Assembly: GCA_965227405.1 (NCBI GenBank)
Contig: OZ245758.1
Location: 1,577,693 to 1,641,692 of the forward strand
Length of the DNA stretch: 64,000 nucleotides
Origin: Polyangiales bacterium
Lineage (GTDB): Bacteria > Myxococcota_A > Polyangia > Polyangiales > Houyiibacteriaceae
Reading direction: 5' to 3'
This document shows, in pieces, positions 1 through 10,400 of the stretch; the stretch's first letter is position 1, and every line of letters starts with the position of its first letter. The position numbers and the translations under genes are program-made. The notes under the pieces were generated by a model, which searched no databases, was not told the DNA's origin, and saw only the letters and a list, made by a program, of their open reading frames with translations.

Positions 1-349
1 AGTGCTCACGAACGCGCTTCTTGAGCGTGGGGTAGAAACCCTCACCGTCCCAATCGTGCGCCGGCTGGTAGTCCGGCACATCACCAACATAGTACTTGCG
101 CATTGTTGCGCGCGGGATCTTGTCGTGCAGATGAGTGCTGTTGAACAACGCAGTGCAGTCGATGCCGCGCGTTTGTTCCAGGAAGCGTCGACCGCCAGGG
201 TGCTTCTCGAGGAAGGGCTCCAGGTCGTAGTACTTGCCTTCGATCTGCCAGAGCTTCGAGGGATCGAGCGGTGCGTCTTCCACGCATGTGGCTACTCCTC
301 CAATCGCATCGGGTAAAGGACTTCCTCGTCGGCGTAAGGCTTTTCTCAC
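1..349 (-). CDS. Partial N-terminal cytochrome b5-like heme-binding domain, probably the N-terminus of a fatty-acid/sphingolipid desaturase fusion; the gene runs off the window start. GTG start at 349-347 overlaps the TGA stop of the upstream VWA gene.
   Basis: Own minus-strand translation: ...LWQIEGKYYDLEPFLEKHPGGRRFLEQTRGIDCTALFNSTHLHDKI... This matches the cyt-b5 signature (HPGG ... G.D.T..F ... H). The ORF is absent from the track because it has no stop inside the window. The listed 2..316 (+) ORF is its antisense shadow. Confidence 0.55.
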   Translation of the reverse strand, partial: MRKALRRRGSPLPDAIGGVATCVEDAPLDPSKLWQIEGKYYDLEPFLEKHPGGRRFLEQTRGIDCTALFNSTHLHDKIPRATMRKYYVGDVPDYQPAHDWDGEGFYPTLKKRVREH

Positions 350-1773
350 TCACAGACGTTTCGGATCTCCAGCCGACCTCCGTCGCTCACACGCTCACAC
401 GTATCGGGACAAAGCTCGACATACCCAACCGGTTCACCCAGCTCGACGTCGTAACTGAAGTAGAAACCGCGACCGTCACGACACGTTACTTCGTCGCTGA
501 CTTGTGGAACTTCGGCTCGACTCCCGTCGCGTTCGATGACCACTGCCTCAAGACCTGCACGCGCACCACTCGGCAGTTCGTAGATGCAGGCCGACTCTTC
601 TTGGCGAAGCACGCGCAAGTACTCGACGAGTGCGTCGCCGACCGCTTCAGCCGTCGAGAAGAGCGCGAGTTCGGTCCCTCCAGCTTCCGACACCGTCGCG
701 AGATCAGAGGCAACCCCATCTTCGTCCGCTCCGAGGATAGCCAGCACGAACGTAGGCACTCCGTTGGCGAGACCTGCGGCCGCTTCGCGTCGCAAGGTTG
801 CAAGCCCGCCAAGGTGGTCGCATCCGAGGGTTCGGGTGTCGGTCGCAAGAACCAGCACGACTTTGCGATGGGTGCGCGCAGCGCTGGTTCGCGCCGCACG
901 GTGCATGCCTCGGAGCGCGGGAATGGTGGGTGTGCCTCCTGCGGGCACGATCTCCGTCAGTGTTTCGGTGAGAAGAGGCGCTCCACGCGGAAGGTCCACC
1001 GAAGCGACGCTCGGGGACACGTAGTACGAAGGCATACAAATCGGTGTGTCGCGATGCAGACGCCACGGCGGTCCGTTCTCGCAGTAGCCGAAATCGATGC
1101 ACTCGATTTCGCCGGGGCAGCCGGTACCCCCATCGCGCCGTGTTCCGCTATCCGGCTGCGGAACGAAACAGGTGACGATGTTGAGCGGGTTGAGATCACA
1201 ACGCCCAAGCGGGACACAGTCGAGGTCGCCGCACGACCGGTCGTCTGTGCACGTGGACGATTCGTCCTGACAAATGTCGGGCATCACACAGCGACCGATC
1301 ACACAGTCTCGGTCGGTGCTGCAGGCGATCGGAGCTCCCGGAAAGAACGTCAGACTCGCGTAGGTGCCAGCAGCCTCGGGAAGCGTAAAGAAGCGCGCAA
1401 ACCCGTCGGCGAGCTCCTCTGATTTCGTGCGGCCGGTCGAGGTCTCATTGGCCATTGAGAAGGACCGATCGACGAGGAACCGCAGTTCAAGCGCAGCGGG
1501 ACCAACTTGCGTTACGAAACGGCGACAGAGGTTGGCGTCGCCAACGGTGTCGCGTGGAGCATCGAACCCAGAATCGATGGGCCGTCGAACATCGCGGACC
1601 GCATCACGTGGCGCATCGCGCGTCGCGTCGAGGGCGCCATCGCTGCGGGCATCCCGATCGACGCGTGATCCGTCGACCGAGCCACCATCGCCCACATGGA
1701 CTTCGAGGGCACTCTTTGCTCCACACGCTGCGATGAGCGCGCATGAAAAGAAGAGTCGGGCGTAAGGCAACAC
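346..1773 (-). CDS. Secreted von Willebrand factor A (VWA) domain protein with a Cys-rich C-terminal region
   Basis: Signal peptide MLPYARLFFSCALIAACGA. MIDAS motif DRSFSM (DxSxS), followed by a VWA-like alpha/beta stretch. Cys-rich tail of the kind seen in myxobacterial VWA lipoproteins. Confidence 0.6.
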   Translation of the reverse strand: MLPYARLFFSCALIAACGAKSALEVHVGDGGSVDGSRVDRDARSDGALDATRDAPRDAVRDVRRPIDSGFDAPRDTVGDANLCRRFVTQVGPAALELRFLVDRSFSMANETSTGRTKSEELADGFARFFTLPEAAGTYASLTFFPGAPIACSTDRDCVIGRCVMPDICQDESSTCTDDRSCGDLDCVPLGRCDLNPLNIVTCFVPQPDSGTRRDGGTGCPGEIECIDFGYCENGPPWRLHRDTPICMPSYYVSPSVASVDLPRGAPLLTETLTEIVPAGGTPTIPALRGMHRAARTSAARTHRKVVLVLATDTRTLGCDHLGGLATLRREAAAGLANGVPTFVLAILGADEDGVASDLATVSEAGGTELALFSTAEAVGDALVEYLRVLRQEESACIYELPSGARAGLEAVVIERDGSRAEVPQVSDEVTCRDGRGFYFSYDVELGEPVGYVELCPDTCERVSDGGRLEIRNVCE

Positions 1774-1858
1774 AGCGTGGGTCGTTAGCAGCCGTCGGAG
1801 TTTCTAAGCTCCAACCAATACGCCCCGGCGGTCGCTGGAAGCACCGTGCTCAACGTGC

Positions 1859-2665
1859 TCAACGTTGGAAGCACCATGGGCTCTCGGCTCGCTCGACACA
1901 CATTCCCCCCTCACATCGAAACGTAGAGCACTCTCCCCAGAGCTCACAAGGTTCGCCGACGGGCTTGTCGCCGTACGCAACGCAGATGTCGTCCGTATCG
2001 TTGCAAAAAGCCTCAGTCACCGAGCACCGATTCCCCAACGATGCTGGAAAGCACGCTTCACCAATCTCGGGATACGCGGTGCAAACATCGTCGATGCACT
2101 CCGCACCCTCTGCACAAAGGAACGAAGGGTTGAACCCCTCCGACGAGCAGTCGTCGCCCGGCTCCAGATTGCCAAATGTGAACACAAACTTGACCACGAG
2201 CTCACCGCAGTCGTCAGCAGAATCCGCGAGACGCTCAAGGTTGGCTTCGAGTGCTTCGACGTCCTGTGGTCCGACAGCATCAGGACGGTCCGGCCAGATA
2301 TCGCAGAGGCTCCTGAGCAGAGATTCGTGACAGTCAGCGAGGTCGTCGCCGAAGCGTTCCAGGTCGTCGTCACAACACGCCAGGGCACCCCGACAGAAGG
2401 TCTCGGTGAGAAACCAACAGTACCTGTAGATGTGGTCCGCATCGGATCCGGGCTCCAACGTCGTCTCGTCAGGCTCCGAGTCCCCTGGGCCGTCGACACG
2501 ATCGATACGCTCGACGTTGCCATCAGCGTCGCTGGTTGCGTCCATGGCGGTCGTTGCGTCGATCTCGCTGGTGTCGGATGTACTCGAGTCCGGTCCATCG
2601 ACCCCTGAGTCCGCGCTACCGCTAGAACCACCACACGCCAACGCGAAGAGCAGCAGCCACCTCAT
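1859..2665 (-). CDS. Cys-rich secreted lipoprotein, hypothetical
   Basis: Lipoprotein signal MRWLLLFALACGGSS. Acidic S/T/D-rich linker, then a Cys-rich domain. Same strand as, and immediately downstream of, the metalloprotease pair. Confidence 0.45.
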   Translation of the reverse strand: MRWLLLFALACGGSSGSADSGVDGPDSSTSDTSEIDATTAMDATSDADGNVERIDRVDGPGDSEPDETTLEPGSDADHIYRYCWFLTETFCRGALACCDDDLERFGDDLADCHESLLRSLCDIWPDRPDAVGPQDVEALEANLERLADSADDCGELVVKFVFTFGNLEPGDDCSSEGFNPSFLCAEGAECIDDVCTAYPEIGEACFPASLGNRCSVTEAFCNDTDDICVAYGDKPVGEPCELWGECSTFRCEGGMCVERAESPWCFQR

Positions 2666-2740
2666 CTCAATCCCCCTCGTTGCAAGTTAACGAAAAAGGC
2701 CCGCACATGGCGGGCCTTTCTCAGATGACTTCGGTGTCGA

Positions 2741-5700
2741 TCAGATGCCGAAGTAGTTCGAGATGCCGTACTCAGCCTGAAGCTGAATCAGGTACTCGAG
2801 GAACGACTCCTGACGCTGAAGCTCGGACGGGGGCGTACGACCGTCTTCCTGCATGTCCACCAGGCGGCGAAGCATCTGGAAGCCGAGCTGCTCCTCTTCG
2901 AGGTTGTAGGTCAGGCGCGGACGCACCTTCACGGCGACGTACGGCGTATGGAGACGCTCCGAGTTGTACACGACATAGGTCGCGTCCTCCGCGGTGTCGC
3001 AGCCGTTGGGAACGCCCGGATCAACCAGGTTGTGGCCGGGCTCGAGAGTCTCACCATAGGCACACGCCGGCGATCCGTCCGGCTGGAAGTCCGGGATGTC
3101 GTGTCCGGCGCCTTCGCCGTTGCGGAAGACGATCAGACGCTGCTCGAAGCTCGAGTCGTAGAAGACCGGGAACTGAGCCAAGGCGAGGATGGTCGCCCAG
3201 GAGCGAAGGATGGTGTTGGAGGTGCCATCCAATGCCGCAGCCGGGTACTCGATGTCCTGCGATTCGGTGCAGGGCGTCGAAGCACCGCCAAGACGACACT
3301 CGCCAAGTGCGAGACCGCGGTACCAGGTCATGTGCTCGATCTCGGGTTGACCATCGACGAGGTTGACGCGCGGAGCGAACCAACGGGGGTTGTCGAGGAT
3401 CATGCCACCGAAGAACTCGGTCATCGGGATGGCGAAGAGATCGTAGTAGTTGATGAAGTAGCGCTCATCGATCGTGAAGCTCAGGCCCCAGTCACGAATC
3501 GCGAGTGCGAGTAGCGCGTAGAACTTGTCGTAGAACACGCCGCCACGCTCGGTCTTGAAGAAGCCCTGGTGGCCTTCCTGGAACTTGGTCCACATGCCGT
3601 AGCCCTGACCAGGTCCGAACGAGAAGTCCGAGCCGGCCATGTCCATACCCTCGCCCATGTATTCGTAGACGTTGGTACGGGGGTTGAGCGCGTAGGAGCC
3701 TTCATCCGGAAGGTTCGCAAGCTCGATGAACCAGTTCATGCCGTCCACGGAGGCCTGGAACTGGTCCAGGAATCCGAGCGGGCCGTCGTTGGCCGAGAAG
3801 CCCGGCTCGAAGAAGAGGCGGAAGAACAGGTGCTGGTAGATCTTGGCTGCGTCCACAACCATGCCGAACGACGCTGCGGTGCGAACACCTCGGAAGAAGC
3901 GGCGGTTGTAGTTGTTGGCGTAGCCCTCGTAGAAGCTGCGGCGGTAGAAGTCGATGACCTCTTGGAAGGACTCACCGGCGTCGCCACGCGAGTTCCACGA
4001 GATGTCGTTCGCACGCTCGTCCGGACCGAAGAGGTACTCGACCGGGAAGTAGTCGAGCACGCGGTCACGGTCGGCGTCGAAGTCGAACGCAACACCGTCG
4101 ACAGCGTCTTCCATGTCGGACTCGAAGGGCGAGCACACACACTCGGCAGCCGAGCCACACGCCTCAGGAAGGCGGGTGAAACGCGGGTGCTGAATGCAGC
4201 GCTGGTAGATGCCCTGGTCGCCCGTGAGAAGGGAGCTGCCCGGACCCGCTGCGCAGTCGGTGTCGACACGGCAGGTCTCGCCACCGCTGTAGTAGTGCCA
4301 CAGCGTGCGGTCGGTGGTGTGCGTGGTGTGCAGTCCGTCCAACGAGTCGGACGAACTGATGCGAGGGTCACCCTCGTAGGCCTCGACAAGGTCGAAGTAG
4401 CTCCAGAGGGTGGCGGCCTTGTCGTATCGACCCAGACCCGCGACGTCCGAGTGGTCGCCGTTGTAGTCCATGATCGAACCCGTCATGTAGTTGTGGATAC
4501 CTGCGGCGGCGCGCTCGTTGCGCACGCGACGCAGTTCCTGACGGTAGCGCTCGACCTCGGAGGTGCCGACGAATCCGTCGCTGTTACCACCGTTGGCGAC
4601 ATCGTCGAAGTCCTCGAGCTGCGGGAGCTGAAGACCACGCTCGATGACGAGGTTGTGGTAGCCGTCGGAGTAGTGGTTGCGGTCGAAGCTTCCGCCGAAG
4701 TTGTGGCGGAGACCGACGCTGTGTCCGATCTCGTGGTACTGGACGTTACGAAGGAACATCTGCTGGATGCGGATGTTGGCTTCCGTTCCGGGACGACCGC
4801 GGAAGGCCTCGGCCCAGTACTGCCAGACTCGGTTCTGGAGGAAGGTACGAACGTCGGTCAACTCCATGAAGTCGAAGTTCAGGCGACCGGCGTGCCATGC
4901 GATCTGGCGATTCTGCATCGCGTTGCGCATGTAGTTGTTGTTTCGGAAGGGGGAGATCTGGTCGAGCACAGCGTCGTCCGTCACCGACGCAGTCGGGTCG
5001 AGCTCCACCATGTCGAATCGACCACCACCGCTGAGGTGGGTCTGGAGAGCCTGGCCACCCAGGGCTTCCATGATCTGCGACTCGAACTGCGTTCCCTCAA
5101 GGTTGCGCATGCGGTCGCTGTAGATCTGCGCGCGGGCATCTTCACCATGGAGGTTCTCGATGCGGGGCATGGCACGCATCACGTCTTCCATGAGCGCGTC
5201 GCCGAAGGCGTCGCCTGCGGGAAGCGCGGGACGGCCGCGGTCAGTCGTACGACCGGTGCCGTCCGTACCCGACGCAGCGATGGCGATGGGCAGGTCGGTG
5301 TCGCCGAGTCGGCTGAAGTAGTTACGCATGGTGTCACCGGCGAGCCAACGCTCGGCGGCGCCTTCTTCACCCGGGGCACAACCCGCGTCGCTGACGCAGC
5401 GCAGGACGGGCAGCCACTCGAGCGCAACAACGCTCAGGTTCTGCGAGATGGCGTCCGAGTAGTTGGCGTCCGCGGTGATGAGCTCACCGCTGGTCGGGTC
5501 AGCCAGAAGCTCCGACACACCACCGAAGGCCGTTCCGACCTGGTCGATGTAGTTGAAGAACTGGTAGCGAATGTCGCCCTGCTGCTGCCAACGCACGGAC
5601 TCGCCGGCGTCGTTGGTCACAACATCACAGTGCTGGCTCGCGTCGGTACGCCACCAGTCACAAGCGTTGGTCTCGAGAGTGAACATGCACTCTTCACCGA

Positions 5701-7426
5701 CCATCTCGTAACGGTACGCACCGGGAATGGCGTACTCCTCGAGGCTGGTGGGACGCGCCGGCTCGGCAAAGCCGTCGGCGTTCGCCACGTAGCAGTCGTA
5801 GGGGTTGGTCACGCCGCGGGCGACCCACTCATCCGGGGACACGAAGGGGTCGTACTCGGCGTTGCAGGTGCCGTCGCCAAGGTCGTCGGCCGAACCGCAG
5901 AAGCAGTGACGGGTCGGGTCGTCGCTCTGACACGAGACCTGAACCGCGCGGTAGTTGGCGTCTTCGACACCGTTGACCGCACGCCAGCCGCGCGCGAACA
6001 CGGCGTTCCAGTTGGCAACAACCTCATAGGCGGGCGCGACAAGGTGTGCCGGGTATCCGTCGTTGAGGTGGTAGGTGACGGGGCGAATCTCACGCTCGGT
6101 GACGGGGATGGTGCAGCGACCTGCAGCACGATCACACTCCGAGCCAGCCACGCCGGGGACGTCGTCGTAACGACCGTTGCACTGCCAGTCGGCAACACAC
6201 TCGGTGTCCGTGAGGCTGTCGGCGTAGAAGTTGTGGCGCGGACGAAGGAAGGTGAGAAGGTCGGTCTCGCCGAAGTCGCTGGTGAGACCACCGGTGCAGA
6301 CGTGGGCTTCCATGTCACACGCTCGGCCGCCGCAGTCTGCGTCGCTCGAGCAGTGAATCGCCTGGCTGTCGAAGTCGCGTCCACCACGCACGTAGGTGCG
6401 CTGGTAGGTGCGGAACAGACCGAAGCGGTCGAAGTCCTGGTGCGGCTGAATCGACGAAGCGTAGGTGTGGTTGGGCGGAACGCGAAGGAACGCGGTCCGA
6501 ACCGGGACGGTCAGCGTCGAGCAGACGTTGACGCCACCACCGATGAGCAAGCAGTTCCCGCCGGGCGAGAAGGCCATCATCGAGACGAAGCTCATGTAGT
6601 GGACGGTGTCCTGCATGTCCTCGGGCCACTCGTCCGCGAAGCGATAGTCGGGATCTTCTGCGACACGCACAAACTCGGGAGCCCAGGACTCGGGGAAGCA
6701 GTCGCGGCCTGCGCCCTCTTCGACGGTGGTGCCCGGCGCGCAGTGCGACTGGGTGGCGTCGAATTGGAACTGAACCGGTTCGTGCATCCAACCCGCACCG
6801 ACGAGGCCGGTGACGTTGATGTAGTCGTTGAACCAGGAGAACGAGTTCGCCTCGTTCATCGACCAGTCGACGCGCATGTAGTCGCGCTCGAACCAGCGAC
6901 GGTCGGTGGTGTTCTCCACGACGGTGTTCGTGGTCTCACCCGTAACCGCGTTGTACTCGCGTTGGATGTCGATGTGGTTGTCGATGTGGAACGCAGCGAG
7001 CGGCTGACCACGGAAGTCGTCGTCGCGACCGTCATCGTTTCCGCCATCGATGAGCTCGTACGCACGATAGGCGTACAGGAAATGCTCGTCGATGACCCAG
7101 CGAATGCGGGCGATGGTCGCCGAGCTACCACCGTCGACACCAAGGTCAGCGAAGGAGCTACCACCGCTGTACATGTACAAGCTCGCGGAGCGGCCGTACG
7201 CGGTGGTGTCGCCGTCGACGTCGATGGCGGTCTGAAGTGCCCACCACTCGCCTTCGAAGATCGACTTGTCGACGAGGTTGACCTGGACGCGGTTCACGTC
7301 GGGGCCACCGGTATTACAGCCACCAATCGCGGCCATCAGGGATGCAAGGAGTGCAAAGCGGAACATGGTCAGTGCCTTGTTTTCAGTCTTCTGGTTGTTG
7401 ATTTCGTTATTCATCGTCATCCCCAA
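2741..7426 (-). CDS. Giant secreted zinc metalloprotease (metzincin-like, extended HExxHxxGxxH motif), paralogue 1
   Basis: 1561 aa. N-terminal signal/TM MFRFALLASLMAAIGGC. Motif HEIGHSVGLRHNF. Many Cys residues. Shared N-terminal (RVQVNLVDK...) and C-terminal architecture with the adjacent paralogue. Confidence 0.75.
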   Translation of the reverse strand: MGMTMNNEINNQKTENKALTMFRFALLASLMAAIGGCNTGGPDVNRVQVNLVDKSIFEGEWWALQTAIDVDGDTTAYGRSASLYMYSGGSSFADLGVDGGSSATIARIRWVIDEHFLYAYRAYELIDGGNDDGRDDDFRGQPLAAFHIDNHIDIQREYNAVTGETTNTVVENTTDRRWFERDYMRVDWSMNEANSFSWFNDYINVTGLVGAGWMHEPVQFQFDATQSHCAPGTTVEEGAGRDCFPESWAPEFVRVAEDPDYRFADEWPEDMQDTVHYMSFVSMMAFSPGGNCLLIGGGVNVCSTLTVPVRTAFLRVPPNHTYASSIQPHQDFDRFGLFRTYQRTYVRGGRDFDSQAIHCSSDADCGGRACDMEAHVCTGGLTSDFGETDLLTFLRPRHNFYADSLTDTECVADWQCNGRYDDVPGVAGSECDRAAGRCTIPVTEREIRPVTYHLNDGYPAHLVAPAYEVVANWNAVFARGWRAVNGVEDANYRAVQVSCQSDDPTRHCFCGSADDLGDGTCNAEYDPFVSPDEWVARGVTNPYDCYVANADGFAEPARPTSLEEYAIPGAYRYEMVGEECMFTLETNACDWWRTDASQHCDVVTNDAGESVRWQQQGDIRYQFFNYIDQVGTAFGGVSELLADPTSGELITADANYSDAISQNLSVVALEWLPVLRCVSDAGCAPGEEGAAERWLAGDTMRNYFSRLGDTDLPIAIAASGTDGTGRTTDRGRPALPAGDAFGDALMEDVMRAMPRIENLHGEDARAQIYSDRMRNLEGTQFESQIMEALGGQALQTHLSGGGRFDMVELDPTASVTDDAVLDQISPFRNNNYMRNAMQNRQIAWHAGRLNFDFMELTDVRTFLQNRVWQYWAEAFRGRPGTEANIRIQQMFLRNVQYHEIGHSVGLRHNFGGSFDRNHYSDGYHNLVIERGLQLPQLEDFDDVANGGNSDGFVGTSEVERYRQELRRVRNERAAAGIHNYMTGSIMDYNGDHSDVAGLGRYDKAATLWSYFDLVEAYEGDPRISSSDSLDGLHTTHTTDRTLWHYYSGGETCRVDTDCAAGPGSSLLTGDQGIYQRCIQHPRFTRLPEACGSAAECVCSPFESDMEDAVDGVAFDFDADRDRVLDYFPVEYLFGPDERANDISWNSRGDAGESFQEVIDFYRRSFYEGYANNYNRRFFRGVRTAASFGMVVDAAKIYQHLFFRLFFEPGFSANDGPLGFLDQFQASVDGMNWFIELANLPDEGSYALNPRTNVYEYMGEGMDMAGSDFSFGPGQGYGMWTKFQEGHQGFFKTERGGVFYDKFYALLALAIRDWGLSFTIDERYFINYYDLFAIPMTEFFGGMILDNPRWFAPRVNLVDGQPEIEHMTWYRGLALGECRLGGASTPCTESQDIEYPAAALDGTSNTILRSWATILALAQFPVFYDSSFEQRLIVFRNGEGAGHDIPDFQPDGSPACAYGETLEPGHNLVDPGVPNGCDTAEDATYVVYNSERLHTPYVAVKVRPRLTYNLEEEQLGFQMLRRLVDMQEDGRTPPSELQRQESFLEYLIQLQAEYGISNYFGI

Positions 7427-10400
7427 TCAGAAGCGCAGGTAGCTACGAACACCGAACTGGTTCTGTAGCTGGATAAGCTGGAAGAACTGGGACTCGAGCT
7501 GTCGAAGCCGGCCGTCGTTTCGATCGACCTCCTCGTCGAGGAAGGAGATGCTCGTCGGCAAGCTGTACTCGAGAGCATCAAGTCGATCGCGTGTTGCCGC
7601 GTCGAGGTTGTCAACGTCGATGGGGTCGCCACCGAAGTCGCCACGATAGGTCTGCAGTGCGAGAAGCAGGAACTGCGTCTCCTCTGCTTCTCGGACCATC
7701 TCGAAACCAATCGAGGTCTGGTTCGGAACGTCCTCGCTCGGCTCAACCTGCCAGGCGATGAAGTCCTTGCCGTAGCGCTCCGAGAAGAAGGTCGCGTAGT
7801 CGGCATCTTCGATGTCGGTCACGCCCGGGACGTACGCGACGTCGCCTGCATTCGGCTCGAAGCACGCTCCGTTGCCTCGCTGACAAACGAAGAGCTGATT
7901 CTGGAACGTGGTGTCGAAGAAGACCGGGAAGTCGGACAGCGCGAACACCGTGGCCAAGAACGAGAGGGTGACGTTCGAGCCAGCCGAGACGACGAGCTCA
8001 TCACCAAAGCGCTCTTCCACGCTCGGACGACACGTCGCCGGGGTGGAGCAGTCGCCACGGTAGAAGTCCGGGTAGACCAGGCGCGGTTCGCCACAGTCCG
8101 GGAAGCTTCCGCTGTTGCAGATGACGCGCGGCGCGATGGCCTCGGGCTGGCCGAGAATCATGCCGGTGAAGATCTGCTGCATCTCGACCGGGAAGAGGTC
8201 GTAGAAGTTCGTCCAGAAGGGAACGTCACGCGCGTAGCTGGTGGTCCAACCACGCTGGGTGAGCATCTGCATCGTGAACCACTTCTCGTAGAACGAGCCG
8301 ATGAGCTCGATGCGCGAGATGCCGCTGATGCCGTTCTGGTACTCCGAGAACTGGTAGCGAGCCATACCGAGCGGCAGCGAGAGCTGGGCGCCGGCGGTGT
8401 CCGGGTCGAGGCTGGTGAGCTGGTAACGCTCCCAACCCGCATCCCAGCGGTACGCACCCAGACCCGGCTGGGACATGATGCGGCCGTAGAAGTTGAGGGT
8501 GTCGGCGGTCGACAAGAAGTGGTCGTCGAAGCCGAAGGCGCCCGTCGAGTCGCGGTAGTCCGGGTCCTGCGTGTAGCGGTACAGCAGGTCCTGGAACATC
8601 GACTGAAGGATGTTGAACTGACGGCCGATCAGGCGGTTGAAGAGGTAACCACCCAAGCTGAACGAGGAGCGGTATCGGCGGAAGTTCGTGAAGAGGTACT
8701 GACGGTCGTACTGCTCGGCGATGTTGCGAACGATCTCGCGGTAGCTATCGCCCTCGTCGAAGCGGTGACACTCGGAATCGGTGCCCACGCGGCCGTCGGT
8801 GCAGAACTTGTACTCGACCGGCGCGTAACGCGGCGCGGGACCGGTCACAAGCGCTGCCATGTCGGCGTCGATGTTCGAGCAGATGTTGCCGAACGCGGCG
8901 CCGCGGGTGTCGGGCTGACAGGTCTGGGTCAGACCCACCGTGCTGTTGCTCGAAAGCAAGAGTGCGGAGTTGGCGCCCGAGGTGCTGTAGGGACAGTCCG
9001 CGTCCACGTTGCAGCTCTCGCCGCCGTGGTACGACTTGACCCAGAGGCGGTCGGTGTTGATCGGGTTGATCTCGTCGAGGTTGAGGCCGCCCGCGTTGTC
9101 GTAGACCTCAACAAGGTCGCCGTAGGCGTAGCTGATGGCCATGTCGTCGTAACGACCGGTGCCCGTCGCGGTGCGCTCGTACCACTGCGCCGTGTACTCC
9201 ATGATCGAGGAGTCCATCCAACGCTCGATGCCGGCGAGCTCACGACGCTCCTTCATCGCGTGGTACGCGTCTTCCCAGGTGGCCTGCTCGGTCGGATTGA
9301 GGCCGTTGATGCCGTCCGTGTCGAACTCCGCCGGCTCCGGAAGCGGGAGGTTTTCGGCGATGTAGTAGTAGTTGTCGTCGTAGTTACGGTTGTCGGCGCT
9401 GGCCTTGAAGCTGTGGCGCAGACCCAAGCAGTGACCCACCTCGTGGAGCTGCGTCTGGTACATCAGGGTCTGGTTCAGCTCGATCTCGAGGCGAGCACGT
9501 GGCCAATCGCGGTGGCGAATGACGTACTCCATGACCGAGTTGTCGGTGAACTCGTTGGGCATGTAGACGTTCGCCTCGCCAATGCGACGCTCAACGTCGT
9601 TCTGGTACTGGAGTCGCTCCATCGGCGAAACGCGGAAGGGCGAAACGCGGTCCAGGATGGCGTCGTTGATGTCGGCGGGTCCGAGACCGTCGGGGAGAAT
9701 GTCGATACCGGCCATGGCCAAGGTGTCGTGGTTCTCCATGAGTCGACGCTCGATGTCGGTGCCGCGGAGGGTGTTGAGGCGGTCGCTGAAGATGCTGGCG
9801 CGACCCTCGGGACCGGCGAGCTGCTGACCGCGCTCGACGAAAGCGTCCATGCGGTTGAAGAGCTCGGTGCGATCGAGGAAGCCAGCCGACTCAGCGCTGG
9901 TGGGCCGCGGCGCGAACTCCTCACGCGGAATCGCGGGAGGCTGCACGTTGCCGAGGTTCTCGATGAAGTCACGGACATCCTCACCGATGAGGAAGTCCTC
10001 GCGGCGGATGTCGCCGTTGACGATGTCGTAGGTCTGAAGAGCAAACGTGCGGTAGCCGTCGAGGGCCGGGCCGCCGATGTTTGCGTCACCCGTGATGACC
10101 TCGCCGGTGATCGGGTCGGTACGAAGGGTCGCAACACCGAGGAAGCCGGTGCCGGGCTGGTCGACGTAGCTCATGAACTTGAAGCGAAGGTCACCACGCT
10201 CCTGGCAGTTCATGCCGTCGCGGGTGCCGCCGTTGGCTTCGATCGTCGCGCGGTTGCAGGTGTTGATGCGAAGGGTGTTGATGCACTCGCTTCCGACCAT
10301 CTCGGCGTCGAACCAGCCGTAGAAGTCGCTGTCCGAAAGAGCCGGGTTGTTCATGTCGGGCTGTGCGCCCTCGGGAACCTGCACGTGGCACTGGTAGGGG

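Noticed and set aside
2-316. 104-aa (+) ORF at the window start, and the 271-1422 (+) 383-aa ORF
   Set aside because: The opposite strand encodes a convincing cyt-b5 domain (1-349) and a VWA protein (346-1773). The plus-strand ORFs have low-complexity R/A/V composition.
3569-7468. 1299-aa (+) ORF
   Set aside because: Antisense shadow of the 1561-aa metalloprotease gene. Val/Ala/Gly/Arg-rich composition with no motifs. Such stop-free antisense frames are expected at about 68% GC.
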